A DNA stretch of 64,000 nt, from assembly GCA_051252135.1 (NCBI GenBank), contig JBPOGH010000002.1, forward strand, positions 224,001-288,000. The letters run 5' to 3'. Position numbers and translations under genes: made by a program. Source of the stretch: Verrucomicrobiaceae bacterium (lineage in GTDB: Bacteria > Verrucomicrobiota > Verrucomicrobiia > Verrucomicrobiales > Akkermansiaceae). Positions 37,509 to 47,265 of the stretch are shown here, piece after piece. The notes beneath the pieces are model-generated. The model saw only the letters and a program-made list of their open reading frames with translations. It ran no database searches and had not been told where the DNA came from. Each line of letters starts with the position of its first letter. Positions within the stretch are counted from its first letter, which is position 1.

Positions 37509-38066
37509 ATGATGAAAACCCTACTTACCTCGCTACTTCTCCTATTGACGGTTTTTACCGCCAGTGCACAGATTAGAGTGAACCAGACTCTGCAAATCAC
37601 GATCCAAGGAGTTCCCCCTGAGGAACAGGCCCGGCTGAATACTACCGTTCAGGTATCTTCCAGCGGGACATTCAACATGTGGGAAATTGGAGTTGTTCGT
37701 GCGGCCGGGCTCACACCGGACGCTTTGGGACGTAACTTGTCTGCGGCTTATAAAGCCCGGGGCATTTATACGAATCCAACATTTCACGTAATGGCCCCCA
37801 GTGACAATGGTTTGGTTAACAAAATGTTTACCGTTGGTGGTGAGGTTAAGGGTTCCGGTCCAAAGCCTTATAGCAATGGAATGACGCTCTTTGGTGCGAT
37901 TCAGGCAGCTGGTGGTGAAACTCCCTTTGGAGCGATCACTCGGGTGAAGCTTTACCGAAATGGCAAAGTGCGCACCTTCAACCTCAAGAATGACCAAGAT
38001 AAGGGATTCCAGATTCGCCCGGATGACATGATTGAAGTCCCCCAGAAAAACTGGATGGGCCGATAA
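37509..38066 (+). CDS. wza: Short Wza/OPX-family polysaccharide export protein (Poly_export plus one SLBB)
   Basis: GVVRAAGLT..YTNP, VGGEV..G, AIQAAGG, PDDMIEVP; 185 aa. Confidence 0.85.
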   Translation: MMKTLLTSLLLLLTVFTASAQIRVNQTLQITIQGVPPEEQARLNTTVQVSSSGTFNMWEIGVVRAAGLTPDALGRNLSAAYKARGIYTNPTFHVMAPSDNGLVNKMFTVGGEVKGSGPKPYSNGMTLFGAIQAAGGETPFGAITRVKLYRNGKVRTFNLKNDQDKGFQIRPDDMIEVPQKNWMGR

Positions 38067-38232
38067 TTGGTTCTCTTTTGCGATTCAATTCGATTTTAGG
38101 CCGTTTGCGGAGACGCAAACGGCTTTTTCTTGAGCTGAGCCAAACCGATCCAGTCAAAAGACGTGGACAGTTGGACCCTTTTGGGCGATTTTTAGGCAGA
38201 CGCATTTTGGATCCGTTCACCCCTTGAAACTC

Positions 38233-40461
38233 ATGATGAAGACTCTCAGATGGGCGCTTGCCCCGATCACAGCAATATGGCTCTTGCCAAGCTGCAGCTC
38301 CCAAGCTGCTGATTTTGATCTCGTTGGACTGGAAGTCTCGCGTCTTTTGCAGAACGGGCACTACGCGCGGATGCCCTTTGATCAGAAATTGAGTGAACGG
38401 ATATTCGATGATCTCATTCATGATCTTGATCCCTCCCGGTTCTACTTTGTTCAGGCTGATATTGACGAATTGTCACAGAAGTATCGCTCCCGCGTGACTG
38501 AATTGCTGGTGAACAAGCAATCGATGGCAATGGCCACCGAGATCTACGAGCGGTATCAGCAGCGTGCGGGTGAAAGGGTGGCGAAAATTAAGGAAATTCT
38601 TAAAGGGGATGAATTTACCTTCGATGGAGATCGAAGTGTGATGCGTGATCGGGAGGAGGCGCCTTGGCCGAAGGATGAGGCCGAAGCAACCGAGGTACTC
38701 AGACGTCAGCTAGAGGCTTCACTTCTGGGTGAACAGCTCCGTCGTGACGAGATTGAAAAGCGGGCTTTGGAGCAGGGAAAGGATAGTCCGCTTGGGAAAG
38801 AACTGGCCCCCCGGGAGAAGATTATTCAACGCTACGAGCGGGTTCTTCAGACGATTGAAAAAGTAGATCAAGAGGATATTGCCAACTATATGTTCAGTGC
38901 GGTGGCGCGGGCCCACGATCCCCACACCGAGTACTTTAGCGCGAGGGAGCTGGATCAGTTTCGTGTTGGAATCAGCAACAAGCTTATTGGCATCGGGGCG
39001 TTACTCAGGGCGGAGGATGATGGGGCTACCAAGATTGATGGGATCGTCAATAACGGACCCGCTGACAAGGAAGGGACTCTTCAGCTTGGTGATCGTGTGA
39101 TTGCGGTAGACTCGCTCAATGACAATAACTGGACGGACATCATGTTTCTACCGATCGATAAGGTCGTGGAGCTGATCAGAGGGGAAGCCGATACCGAAGT
39201 GGGACTCAAGGTAGAACCGGCCGGTGGTGCAGGGGGGGAGACCCGTGTCATTGTGATCAAGCGGGAGCAGGTTGATATGAAGGAGGAGCAGACATCTGCC
39301 GAGGTGATTGACTATCTTGAGGGTGGGAAAAAGCAGCGACTTGGGGTGATCCGGATTCCCCAATTCTATTTTGATAGCGATGATTGGTCGCGTAACGTTT
39401 CGGTGCATGTTGAAAAGCTGATTAAGCGTCTCAAGAAGGAAGACATCGACGGGATGATTGTTGATATCCGGGGAAATGGTGGAGGGTCGTTGGACGAGGT
39501 GCGCCGAATGACCGGATTCTTCAACGGGAGAAGTCCCGTGGTGCAGATTAAGAAGACCAGCGGCCATATTGAGTCCCTCAATGCAGGCGGTCGAAAGCCT
39601 CTTTATGAGGGGCCCATGGTGGTTCTCACCGATAAGGGAAGTGCATCGGCCAGCGAAATTTTGGCTGGAGCACTCCAAGATTACAATCGTGCTGTTATCG
39701 TGGGGAGTGCGAATACTTTTGGGAAAGGCACAGTGCAGCAGCCCATTCCGATCGGCGATTATATGCCGGTGTGGAGTGATCGTGACCGTGCGGGCGCGCT
39801 GAAGCTCACGATTCAGAAGTATTATCGACCTTCCGGGAGTTCGACCCAAATTGATGGGGTGAAGCCGGATATTCATCTGCCAGCTCTCACTGATGTGATT
39901 GAGGTGGGAGAAGAGCATGCACGGCATGCCTTGAAGCACGACATCATCCGAAAGGCGGCTGAATTCAACCCATTTCCAAAGGAGAATCTTTTTCTGCCGG
40001 TGTTGATTGAAAAGAGCAGCAAACGTGTGGAAGCCAACCCCGAATACACGTACATCCGCGAGGATATGGAGCGGGTGAAACAGCGGATCGAGGAAAATAG
40101 AATCTCGCTAAACAAGGAGAAGCGGGTCGCAGAGACTGCCGAATTGGATGAGAAACGTAAGGCTCGAAACAAGGCTCGCCGTGAGCGTTTCACCAAGATG
40201 GAGGAAGAGGATAAGAAAAGGTTTACGATCTACCGGTTGTCCCTCGACGACCTCGATTCGGAAGTGTTGCCCAAGGTGTCATCCGAGGATGAGGATGATG
40301 AGCACATGCGTCGGGCAAAAGATGAAATTGCCGATCTTGACGATACTCCCGAGTGGCCCAGCGGAATTGATGCCGGTAAGAGAGAAGGGCTCGCGGTGCT
40401 GAGTGATTTGGTTGAGCTGGTGCGCTCAGCGAAGACGGCGGGAACTTTTAGAACGCGGTGA
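38233..40461 (+). CDS. prc: Carboxy-terminal processing protease (Prc/Tsp, S41A)
   Basis: DPHTEY, GIGA PDZ, DIRGNGGGSL, SASASEILAGALQD, FGKGTVQ, STQIDGVKPDI. Confidence 0.93.
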   Translation: MMKTLRWALAPITAIWLLPSCSSQAADFDLVGLEVSRLLQNGHYARMPFDQKLSERIFDDLIHDLDPSRFYFVQADIDELSQKYRSRVTELLVNKQSMAMATEIYERYQQRAGERVAKIKEILKGDEFTFDGDRSVMRDREEAPWPKDEAEATEVLRRQLEASLLGEQLRRDEIEKRALEQGKDSPLGKELAPREKIIQRYERVLQTIEKVDQEDIANYMFSAVARAHDPHTEYFSARELDQFRVGISNKLIGIGALLRAEDDGATKIDGIVNNGPADKEGTLQLGDRVIAVDSLNDNNWTDIMFLPIDKVVELIRGEADTEVGLKVEPAGGAGGETRVIVIKREQVDMKEEQTSAEVIDYLEGGKKQRLGVIRIPQFYFDSDDWSRNVSVHVEKLIKRLKKEDIDGMIVDIRGNGGGSLDEVRRMTGFFNGRSPVVQIKKTSGHIESLNAGGRKPLYEGPMVVLTDKGSASASEILAGALQDYNRAVIVGSANTFGKGTVQQPIPIGDYMPVWSDRDRAGALKLTIQKYYRPSGSSTQIDGVKPDIHLPALTDVIEVGEEHARHALKHDIIRKAAEFNPFPKENLFLPVLIEKSSKRVEANPEYTYIREDMERVKQRIEENRISLNKEKRVAETAELDEKRKARNKARRERFTKMEEEDKKRFTIYRLSLDDLDSEVLPKVSSEDEDDEHMRRAKDEIADLDDTPEWPSGIDAGKREGLAVLSDLVELVRSAKTAGTFRTR

Positions 40462-41153
40462 GCATTATCTCTGAAAATTTCAAAAGCGTTCGAGAGAAGG
40501 TTGCTGCTGCGGCTGTGAAGTCCGGACGCAGTGAGGAGGAGGTGCAGCTTCTCGTTGTTTCCAAGACATGGTCTGCGGAGGTAGTTCAAGAAGTAGTGGA
40601 CCATGGGCACACCCTTTTCGGTGAGAACCGGCTCCAGGAAGGGGAGGAGAAGATTCCGGTGTTACCTCAGGAATTGGAATGGCACTTTATTGGAACCTTA
40701 CAGCGCAACAAGGTGCGGAAGGTGCTGCCGCTGTTTCCGGTGGTGCAGAGTATTTCCTCTCTCAAGTTGGCCCGTTTTACCAACCGGGTGGCGGGGGAGT
40801 TGGGGCTTCGGCCCCGAGTCTATCTGGAAATGAATCTGGGAAGGGAGGAGAGTAAACATGGCTTGGAGGAGAGGGAGTTGATTGAGCACCTGGATGAGCT
40901 TTGTGCATTGGAGCATTTGGACTGGCAGGGGTTGATGTGTATTCCTCCCCGGGCCGCGACTCCGGAGGATGGCCGGCCTTGGTTCGCCCGTCTCCGGGAG
41001 TTTCAAGAGGATGTCCGGAGGCGATCGGGGTTGGTGCTGCCAGAGATCAGTATGGGGATGAGCGGTGATTATGAAGTCGCTATCGAGGAGGGATCGACGA
41101 TGGTTCGGGTGGGTTCAGCGATCTTTGGGCAACGCGAGCCGTGGAATCCTTAA
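40458..41153 (+). CDS. yggS: PLP homeostasis protein YggS
   Basis: VSKT, FGENRLQE, WHFIGTLQRNK, SMGMSGDY, VRVGSAIFG; GTGA overlap with prc stop. Confidence 0.95.
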   Translation: MSIISENFKSVREKVAAAAVKSGRSEEEVQLLVVSKTWSAEVVQEVVDHGHTLFGENRLQEGEEKIPVLPQELEWHFIGTLQRNKVRKVLPLFPVVQSISSLKLARFTNRVAGELGLRPRVYLEMNLGREESKHGLEERELIEHLDELCALEHLDWQGLMCIPPRAATPEDGRPWFARLREFQEDVRRRSGLVLPEISMGMSGDYEVAIEEGSTMVRVGSAIFGQREPWNP

Positions 41154-41158
41154 ATCAT

Positions 41159-41464
41159 ATGAGTCAAATTTCTCTCGAACAGATTGCCGTGATCGGCCCT
41201 GAATTGGCATTGGCCTGGGGCGACGGTTCGGAAAGTTATCTTCAGCTGGAGACGCTTCGTAAAGCGTGTCCTTGTGCGGCTTGCCAGGGTGAGCCCGATG
41301 TGACGGGGAAGGTGTTGATTCCGAAGGTCACCCATGATCCGGCGCGAAGCTTTGAGCTTTTACGCCACGAGATGATCGGAGGATATGCGGTCCAGCTCTG
41401 GTGGGCGGACGGGCATAGCTCCGGAATATTCAGCTATGATCTTTTGCGAAAGCTGGGGGTCTAG
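41159..41464 (+). CDS. DUF971 / gamma-butyrobetaine hydroxylase N-terminal-like protein
   Basis: WGDG..LRKACPCAAC..GGYAV..WADGHSSGIFSY. Confidence 0.88.
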   Translation: MSQISLEQIAVIGPELALAWGDGSESYLQLETLRKACPCAACQGEPDVTGKVLIPKVTHDPARSFELLRHEMIGGYAVQLWWADGHSSGIFSYDLLRKLGV

Positions 41465-41673
41465 GGAAACGCTGCTTCAAGATGAAGCACGCTGAACGGT
41501 TTAAAGGATTTTTCAGCAAGGGAAGCTTCGCTTCCGAGGAAAGAGGTGCTGCAGCCCTTTTGGATTCTGGCGGCGTTGCTCAGGGAGCCGCTGATCATCA
41601 GCGTCACCCTTCGCGCCTTGCCAGACTTCAAAATGACTTGCAGCAGCGAACTCCCTCTTTCATCAGCGCTTCC

Positions 41674-43578
41674 CTAGTCTGCGACGGTGAGGTTTCCGCC
41701 GAGCGCGCGTTGGCTGAGGCGCTCGATTCCTTCCCTGGCCATTGAGCTGGAGGGCAGGAGTTGTTTGGCCTGATAATACCAGGCGAGTGATGAGCCGACT
41801 TGGCCATTTTTCTCGTGCTCTTCAGCATTACGCAGGGCGATGGTGAAATCAGCTACGCTGGGGGCCATTTCGGTCATGCGTTGGTTGAGAACGGGATCAT
41901 CGGGGAATCTTTTGTGGACCAGTTCGAGCTTTTCCCAGGCGGCGTAGGGTTGTCCTACGCGGGCCATTTCCTTGGCTCCTTCGACGGCCCGTTCAATGGC
42001 GGTGATGTTCATTTTCACCTGGCGGAAGCTTGCTTCGCGCTCGGCATCGCCTTTGATGGCGGGAACGAATTCGTATTCGCGTTTGACGACTTCGCGGTAG
42101 TTGCCCTCGGCGAAGAGGCGGTCGAAATCGTTGCGGGCGGTGATCATGGTGCCACCTGATTCGACGAGTTGGTTGAACTCTTCGAGTTTGGGATTTTGAG
42201 GCCAGATTTCCATGGCAGCACGGATTTCTTCCTGGGCTTTTTCGAGGTCGCGATTTCCGAGGTGAATTTTGGCCTGCATGATGTGCATGTCACTGGCGCT
42301 TGAGTAGGAGCGGACGGCAGCTTCGGCTTTGGTGGCATCGAAGTCATTGGCCTTGCCCTTGAGCATGGCGATTTGCTCCGATGCTTTGGCGTAGTCCTTG
42401 GATTCGATGGCATTGAGTAGGACGTAGGATTCGCGGACGAACTCGAGGACCTTGCGTTTTTTGGTGCGTGGAAGGGTGTTGACGGAGGGCATGAACTCGC
42501 CCACGAGGTAGGCTTCGGCGAGGCGCTTGGAGGCGGAGTCCAGTTCGTCCTGCTCCAGCAAGAAGAGGAAGGCTTCCACGCTTTTATCGATATCCCGGAT
42601 GGCTTCGCTGGCGAGGGAGTCGAGGGTGGAAACGGTGGGGCTGACGCCGAGGCTTTCGGTGAAGAGTTTATCGATGTCCGACTTTTCATCGAGGTAGAGG
42701 GCTCCATCGCCATCGCGCCAGATGAGGTTGTAGAAGCGCGAGGCCATGAGGACGTGCTCGAAGCGGCGCTGAAGGAAGAACTGAACCATGAGCGCCTGAT
42801 ATTGCATTTTGGCGAGTTCGGTTTTGACCTCGGTTTTGATTTGGTGGGTTTTTTTGAGGGCTTCGATCTCGGCGATGCGGCGGAGGTACTCGGCGTATTC
42901 GAGGGAGGAAACTCCGCGTCCGGTGGAGGGTTCTTCGGAAGCTTTTTTGTTTTTTTCGTCGCCTTGGCCGGCTCCTTTGGTGGCGTCGCCGACGGTGGGG
43001 TCGATATCGGTGCGGGCTTTCCAGTCACCTTTTTTGATGATGCGCCATTTTTCCTTTTCCTGGGCATCCATGAGGGCCTTGGTTCCGGCGACGTCGTTTT
43101 TGGCCAGGAGGGCGGTGTAGAGGGCGTTGGTGAGGGAATCACAGAGGCGGGCATCACCTGGGTAGCTGGAAGCGCGGGGAAGGAGCTGAAGGGCGGCTTT
43201 GAAGTCGGCTCCGCCCTTGTGGTGCGGGGAGATGGTATCGAGGATTTCGCGGATGGTGTCGCGGTATTCTTGGGCGGCTTCCGAGTTTTCCTCGGGTTCG
43301 TTGAGGTATTTTTGGAAACGGGCTTCGAAGAGTCGGTTGTCGCTGGCGGCCCAGGTGGAGCCATTCCAGCTGATTGTTTCGTCCGACGGGTTGTAGAAGC
43401 CGATTTCGTTGCCGAGGACGGAGCCGTTGTTATTGCTTCCGGAGTTGGCCGGCTGGGAGCGGGTTACGGTGTCGGTCGATTGTCCCGATTTGTTATTGTT
43501 TCCGCCACCGGAGGGTGGGGTGTAGACTTGGGCGCCGAGGGGAAGGGTCAGGGCGAGGAGATAAAGTGGAGTCTTCAT
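41674..43578 (-). CDS. Large secreted helical/TPR-like hypothetical protein
   Basis: Signal peptide; 634 aa; TPR-like C-terminus (SLAWYYQAKQLLP). Confidence 0.8.
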   Translation of the reverse strand: MKTPLYLLALTLPLGAQVYTPPSGGGNNNKSGQSTDTVTRSQPANSGSNNNGSVLGNEIGFYNPSDETISWNGSTWAASDNRLFEARFQKYLNEPEENSEAAQEYRDTIREILDTISPHHKGGADFKAALQLLPRASSYPGDARLCDSLTNALYTALLAKNDVAGTKALMDAQEKEKWRIIKKGDWKARTDIDPTVGDATKGAGQGDEKNKKASEEPSTGRGVSSLEYAEYLRRIAEIEALKKTHQIKTEVKTELAKMQYQALMVQFFLQRRFEHVLMASRFYNLIWRDGDGALYLDEKSDIDKLFTESLGVSPTVSTLDSLASEAIRDIDKSVEAFLFLLEQDELDSASKRLAEAYLVGEFMPSVNTLPRTKKRKVLEFVRESYVLLNAIESKDYAKASEQIAMLKGKANDFDATKAEAAVRSYSSASDMHIMQAKIHLGNRDLEKAQEEIRAAMEIWPQNPKLEEFNQLVESGGTMITARNDFDRLFAEGNYREVVKREYEFVPAIKGDAEREASFRQVKMNITAIERAVEGAKEMARVGQPYAAWEKLELVHKRFPDDPVLNQRMTEMAPSVADFTIALRNAEEHEKNGQVGSSLAWYYQAKQLLPSSSMAREGIERLSQRALGGNLTVAD

Positions 43579-43598
43579 GGGATCAGGACGGTGCGGGG

Positions 43599-43994
43599 TT
43601 ACATCTGCTTTACTTCAAGCGCCACCGCGACGCCGTCGTTGTTAAATTGGATCAGAAAGGCGTAGTTTTCCTGAAGGCTGAGGTTTCCGGCCTGGAAGTC
43701 GGGCTCAAGCATGATGGGGAGAATGCGGAGGATGCCGTCTTCTTCAACTTCGAGGGCGACGATCTGGCCGTTGTCCTCGATTTTTCGGTCGATGATTTTT
43801 CCGGTGACGGAATATTCGTTGCCGGCGAGGCTGCGGCCGTTTTCCTGGGCGTGGGAGACATTGACCGGTTTGGCATCAAAAGCTGCCGGGGTACGATTGA
43901 GGAACCAATACCCTCCGCCGAGAACGACGATGAGAATCACGGCTCCGATGAGGAGACCTTGCGTATTAACGCCTGAGCTTGCGCGACGAGCCAT
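43599..43994 (-). CDS. Small single-TM hypothetical protein with beta-rich (OB-fold-like) domain
   Basis: MARR..LLIGAVILIVVLGGGYWF then beta strands; ATG 43994. Confidence 0.7.
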   Translation of the reverse strand: MARRASSGVNTQGLLIGAVILIVVLGGGYWFLNRTPAAFDAKPVNVSHAQENGRSLAGNEYSVTGKIIDRKIEDNGQIVALEVEEDGILRILPIMLEPDFQAGNLSLQENYAFLIQFNNDGVAVALEVKQM

Positions 43995-44025
43995 GGGAAT
44001 AGAGTAGTGTGGGGTTGGGAAAGAA

Positions 44026-45783
44026 TCAATCCCACTGGTGGCGGCAGGAGCCGACCCAGGAGGCGATGAGACCAAGGAAGATGTGAATCAGGAGGACGAG
44101 GAAGCAGACGGGGACTGCGGAAAGGGCGGTCTCGACGACTGAATTGACGGCGGTGAGGTGTCCGCCGGAGAGGGACTTTACGCTGCCGGACCAGCCCCAG
44201 TAGGCGGAGATGAAGGGGCGGGTGATGACTTCGATATTTTCCGGGAGGGCGAGAACGGCTCCGGAAAGGGGGAGCTGGAAGCCCACGAGGTAGACGGAGA
44301 GGAGGGAGGCTTGCTCGGCGGTGCGCATGAGGCTGGAGATGCCGAGGCACACCGAGGTCATGGCGGCATTGACGAGGATGAGAAAGATGACGTGTTGGGT
44401 GAAATCGCCTCTGAAGGGCCAGAAGAACTCCACGAAGACGCCCATCCAGATCGATTGGACGAGGATGAGGGTGGAGAGGAAGGCGATCTTGCTGAGGAGG
44501 TAGGCGGCCGGGCGGACTCCTCCGAATTTTTCCTTCTCCATGATTTGGCGCTCGCCGGCGATTTCGCGGGCGGCGTTGTTGGAACCCATGAGGGAGAGGA
44601 GGACGACCTGAAACATGATGATTCCGGAGACTGCCGAGCCGACCTTCATGCGGTCGGATTGGACGGCGGCCTGTTGCTCGTATTGGGCCTGCATGTTGAC
44701 GCCGGATCCTTCATTGAGACGACGCATGGGCTCGTTGCCCCGGTCGGCGAAGAGGGTCACCAGGACGGGGAAGCAGAGGAGGATGGCAATTTGAAGTGCC
44801 ACTTGTCCACGGTCGCGGAGGAAGATTTTCCAGCGGCGGGCCAGAAGGGTGGTGAATTGGCTGATGATGCCGGGGGCGTGGAGGGGCTCGGGGGCTTCGG
44901 CGATGATTTCATCGTCTTCGCTTTCCACAGGAGTGGATTCGGTCGGGATTTTGAGGCGACCGGTTTCGATGAGGCTGGAGCGGTTTTTCTGAAGTTTGCC
45001 GTAGTAGTTTTCCTTATGTTTAAACCACGATGAGCGCCACTTTTCGGAGCTTTGTTTCGCGAGTTGCGGGTAGACGAGCTCGGTGTGGTCGACAGAAAAG
45101 TAATGCGTCAACATGTCGGGCGGTCCGTGGAAGGCGACGCGCCCCTCGTGAAGCACGAGGATGGAATCGTAGAGTTCCAGGTGGGCGAGGGAGTGGGTTA
45201 CGGAAAGGACGATGCGTCCGTCCTTGCGGGAGATGTCATGAAGGAGGTGGACGATTTCGCGCTCCGAGCGGGGGTCGAGTCCACTGGTGACTTCATCACA
45301 GAGGAGAAGTTTGGGGTCGGAGACGAGCTCCATGGCGAGGCCGAGGCGGCGTTTCTGTCCTCCGGAAAGGACGTGGACTTCGCGATCGGCAATGGGGGCG
45401 AGGCCGGTTTCTTCGAGGACGCGGTCGATGCGGCGGTCGAGGTCGGCAGAGCCCTTTGTTTTGACGCGGAGCTTGGTGGCGGCTTCGATGGATTCGTCGA
45501 CGCTGAGTTCGTCGAAGGCGATGGAGAATTGGGGGACGTAGCCGATTTCCCAGGGTTCGAGGTCGCCTTCTTCGGAGAGATTTCGGCCGTTCCACCAGAG
45601 GGATCCGTCTGATTCCGGGTTGAGGCCGGCGATGGTTTTGAGGAGGGTGGTCTTGCCGCAGCCGGAAGGACCAACGATGGCCATGAAATGGCCACGCGGA
45701 ATTTCCAGACTCACGCGGTCCACTAGATTTACATCCTCACCCTCTTTTTGAATGGTGAAGCAGACGTCTTTCAGTTCGAGCAC
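44026..45783 (-). CDS. ABCG/White-type half transporter (NBD fused N-terminal to ABC-2 TMD)
   Basis: GPSGCGKTT, LSGGQKRR, CDEVTSGLDP, VTHS; TMD with AAREIAGER. Confidence 0.9.
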   Translation of the reverse strand: MLELKDVCFTIQKEGEDVNLVDRVSLEIPRGHFMAIVGPSGCGKTTLLKTIAGLNPESDGSLWWNGRNLSEEGDLEPWEIGYVPQFSIAFDELSVDESIEAATKLRVKTKGSADLDRRIDRVLEETGLAPIADREVHVLSGGQKRRLGLAMELVSDPKLLLCDEVTSGLDPRSEREIVHLLHDISRKDGRIVLSVTHSLAHLELYDSILVLHEGRVAFHGPPDMLTHYFSVDHTELVYPQLAKQSSEKWRSSWFKHKENYYGKLQKNRSSLIETGRLKIPTESTPVESEDDEIIAEAPEPLHAPGIISQFTTLLARRWKIFLRDRGQVALQIAILLCFPVLVTLFADRGNEPMRRLNEGSGVNMQAQYEQQAAVQSDRMKVGSAVSGIIMFQVVLLSLMGSNNAAREIAGERQIMEKEKFGGVRPAAYLLSKIAFLSTLILVQSIWMGVFVEFFWPFRGDFTQHVIFLILVNAAMTSVCLGISSLMRTAEQASLLSVYLVGFQLPLSGAVLALPENIEVITRPFISAYWGWSGSVKSLSGGHLTAVNSVVETALSAVPVCFLVLLIHIFLGLIASWVGSCRHQWD

Positions 45784-45914
45784 TGGTGACTTTGGGTTGA
45801 TCGTTGGGTGTTAACCGAGAAGCTTCGTCCAAGGTTTCGATTAAACTGCCTGTTTTTCGTTAAGGTGAAAAGCTAGAAAGGCGGCTTCTTAAGGGTGAGT
45901 ATTCCTTTTCTGAC

Positions 45915-47210
45915 ATGCGATTTCCGATCTACGCGCTCTTTTTGCTCCAGCTAGCCAATTTCCCAGCCCAAGCCGAATGGAGGCAGTTTCGTGGACCGAC
46001 GGGCGACGGGATTTATCCTGAGCGGGAGGATGGGGCGCTTCATGGTTTTCCGGTTGAGTGGAGCGAGGAAAAGAATGTGGTCTGGAAGACTCCGGTTGAG
46101 GGGCGGGCGTGGTCGACTCCGGTGGTGATGGATAACGAGGTCTGGGTGTCCAACGCCACCGAGGACGGGAAGAAGATGTTCGCAGTGTGTCTTGATAAGA
46201 CATCGGGAAAAAAGGTGCATGATTTGCTCCTTTTTGAGAACGCAAGTCCGGAGGAGTTGAGCAACCGGGTGAATGGATATGGGTCGTGCTCGCCTACGAT
46301 TGATGGGGAGCGGGTTTACTTTCATTTTGGAAGCTATGGCACAGCGGCGTTGGACCGGAAGAGCGGGGAGAAGATATGGGAGCGGCGTGATCTGCCGTGT
46401 CGTCATTTCCGGGGACCGGCGTCCTCGGTGGTGCTCCACAAGGAGACGCTCATTCTCACGATGGATGGGATTGACGTGCAGTATCTTGCGGCGTTGGATC
46501 GTAAGACGGGCAAGACGGTGTGGCGGACGGATCGCACGACAGACTTTGGTGATGTGGAAGCGGGAGGGAAGATCCGGGGAGATGGTGATTTTCGGAAATC
46601 CTACACCACGCCGAACTTCGTAGTGGTGGGTGGAGTGACGCAACTTGTGAGTGCGGGAGCGAAGGCGTGTTTTGGGTATGAGGCTGATACCGGGAAGGAG
46701 CTTTGGAAGGTGACCTACAATGGGTTTTCCAATGGTGCGAGTCCGGTCTTTGTGGGGAATGAGATGGCGATTATTAACACCGGATTGGGAAAGGCGCACG
46801 TATTGGGGGTGCGGCTGGATGGTGAGATGAAGGGTGATGTGACGAAATCCCATGTGGAGTGGGACATTTTCAAACGGATGCCCGGCCGGACGTCTCCGGT
46901 GGTGGTGGATGGAAAAGTCTATCTGACTTCGGAGGAGGGGATTCTGAGTCGGGTGGATGCAATGACGGGCGAGATCGAGAAGTTTGTGAGCTTGAAGGGC
47001 CATTTCTCAGGGTCCGGGGTTTATGCCGACGGGCATCTGTATTTTCCCAGCGAGCAAGGGAAGGTGGTGGTGGTGAAGCCGGATGAGGAATTGACGATCG
47101 TGGCCTCCAACGAGCTGGATGACGGATTTATGGCGTCTCCGGCGCTTGATGGGGATTCGATCTACCTGAGGTCGAAATCGCACGTGTACCGGATCTCGAA
47201 AAAGAAGTAA
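45915..47210 (+). CDS. PQQ-like (BamB-type) beta-propeller protein
   Basis: WRQFRGP, WSEEKNVVWK, repeated ALDRK.G..W, FMASPA. Confidence 0.88.
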   Translation: MRFPIYALFLLQLANFPAQAEWRQFRGPTGDGIYPEREDGALHGFPVEWSEEKNVVWKTPVEGRAWSTPVVMDNEVWVSNATEDGKKMFAVCLDKTSGKKVHDLLLFENASPEELSNRVNGYGSCSPTIDGERVYFHFGSYGTAALDRKSGEKIWERRDLPCRHFRGPASSVVLHKETLILTMDGIDVQYLAALDRKTGKTVWRTDRTTDFGDVEAGGKIRGDGDFRKSYTTPNFVVVGGVTQLVSAGAKACFGYEADTGKELWKVTYNGFSNGASPVFVGNEMAIINTGLGKAHVLGVRLDGEMKGDVTKSHVEWDIFKRMPGRTSPVVVDGKVYLTSEEGILSRVDAMTGEIEKFVSLKGHFSGSGVYADGHLYFPSEQGKVVVVKPDEELTIVASNELDDGFMASPALDGDSIYLRSKSHVYRISKKK

Positions 47211-47265
47211 AAAGTCCGACCTTTTCCCGTGACGAGTGGGGTGGAATGGGGGAGATTGCGTGGTC

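Noticed and set aside
33185..38066. Genomic island integrated at tRNA-Gly
   Set aside because: No integrase and no duplicate of the tRNA 3' end seen; lower GC is better explained by expression-linked codon usage
41482..41745. 87-aa plus-strand ORF
   Set aside because: Overlaps the end of a convergent gene; no motifs or signal
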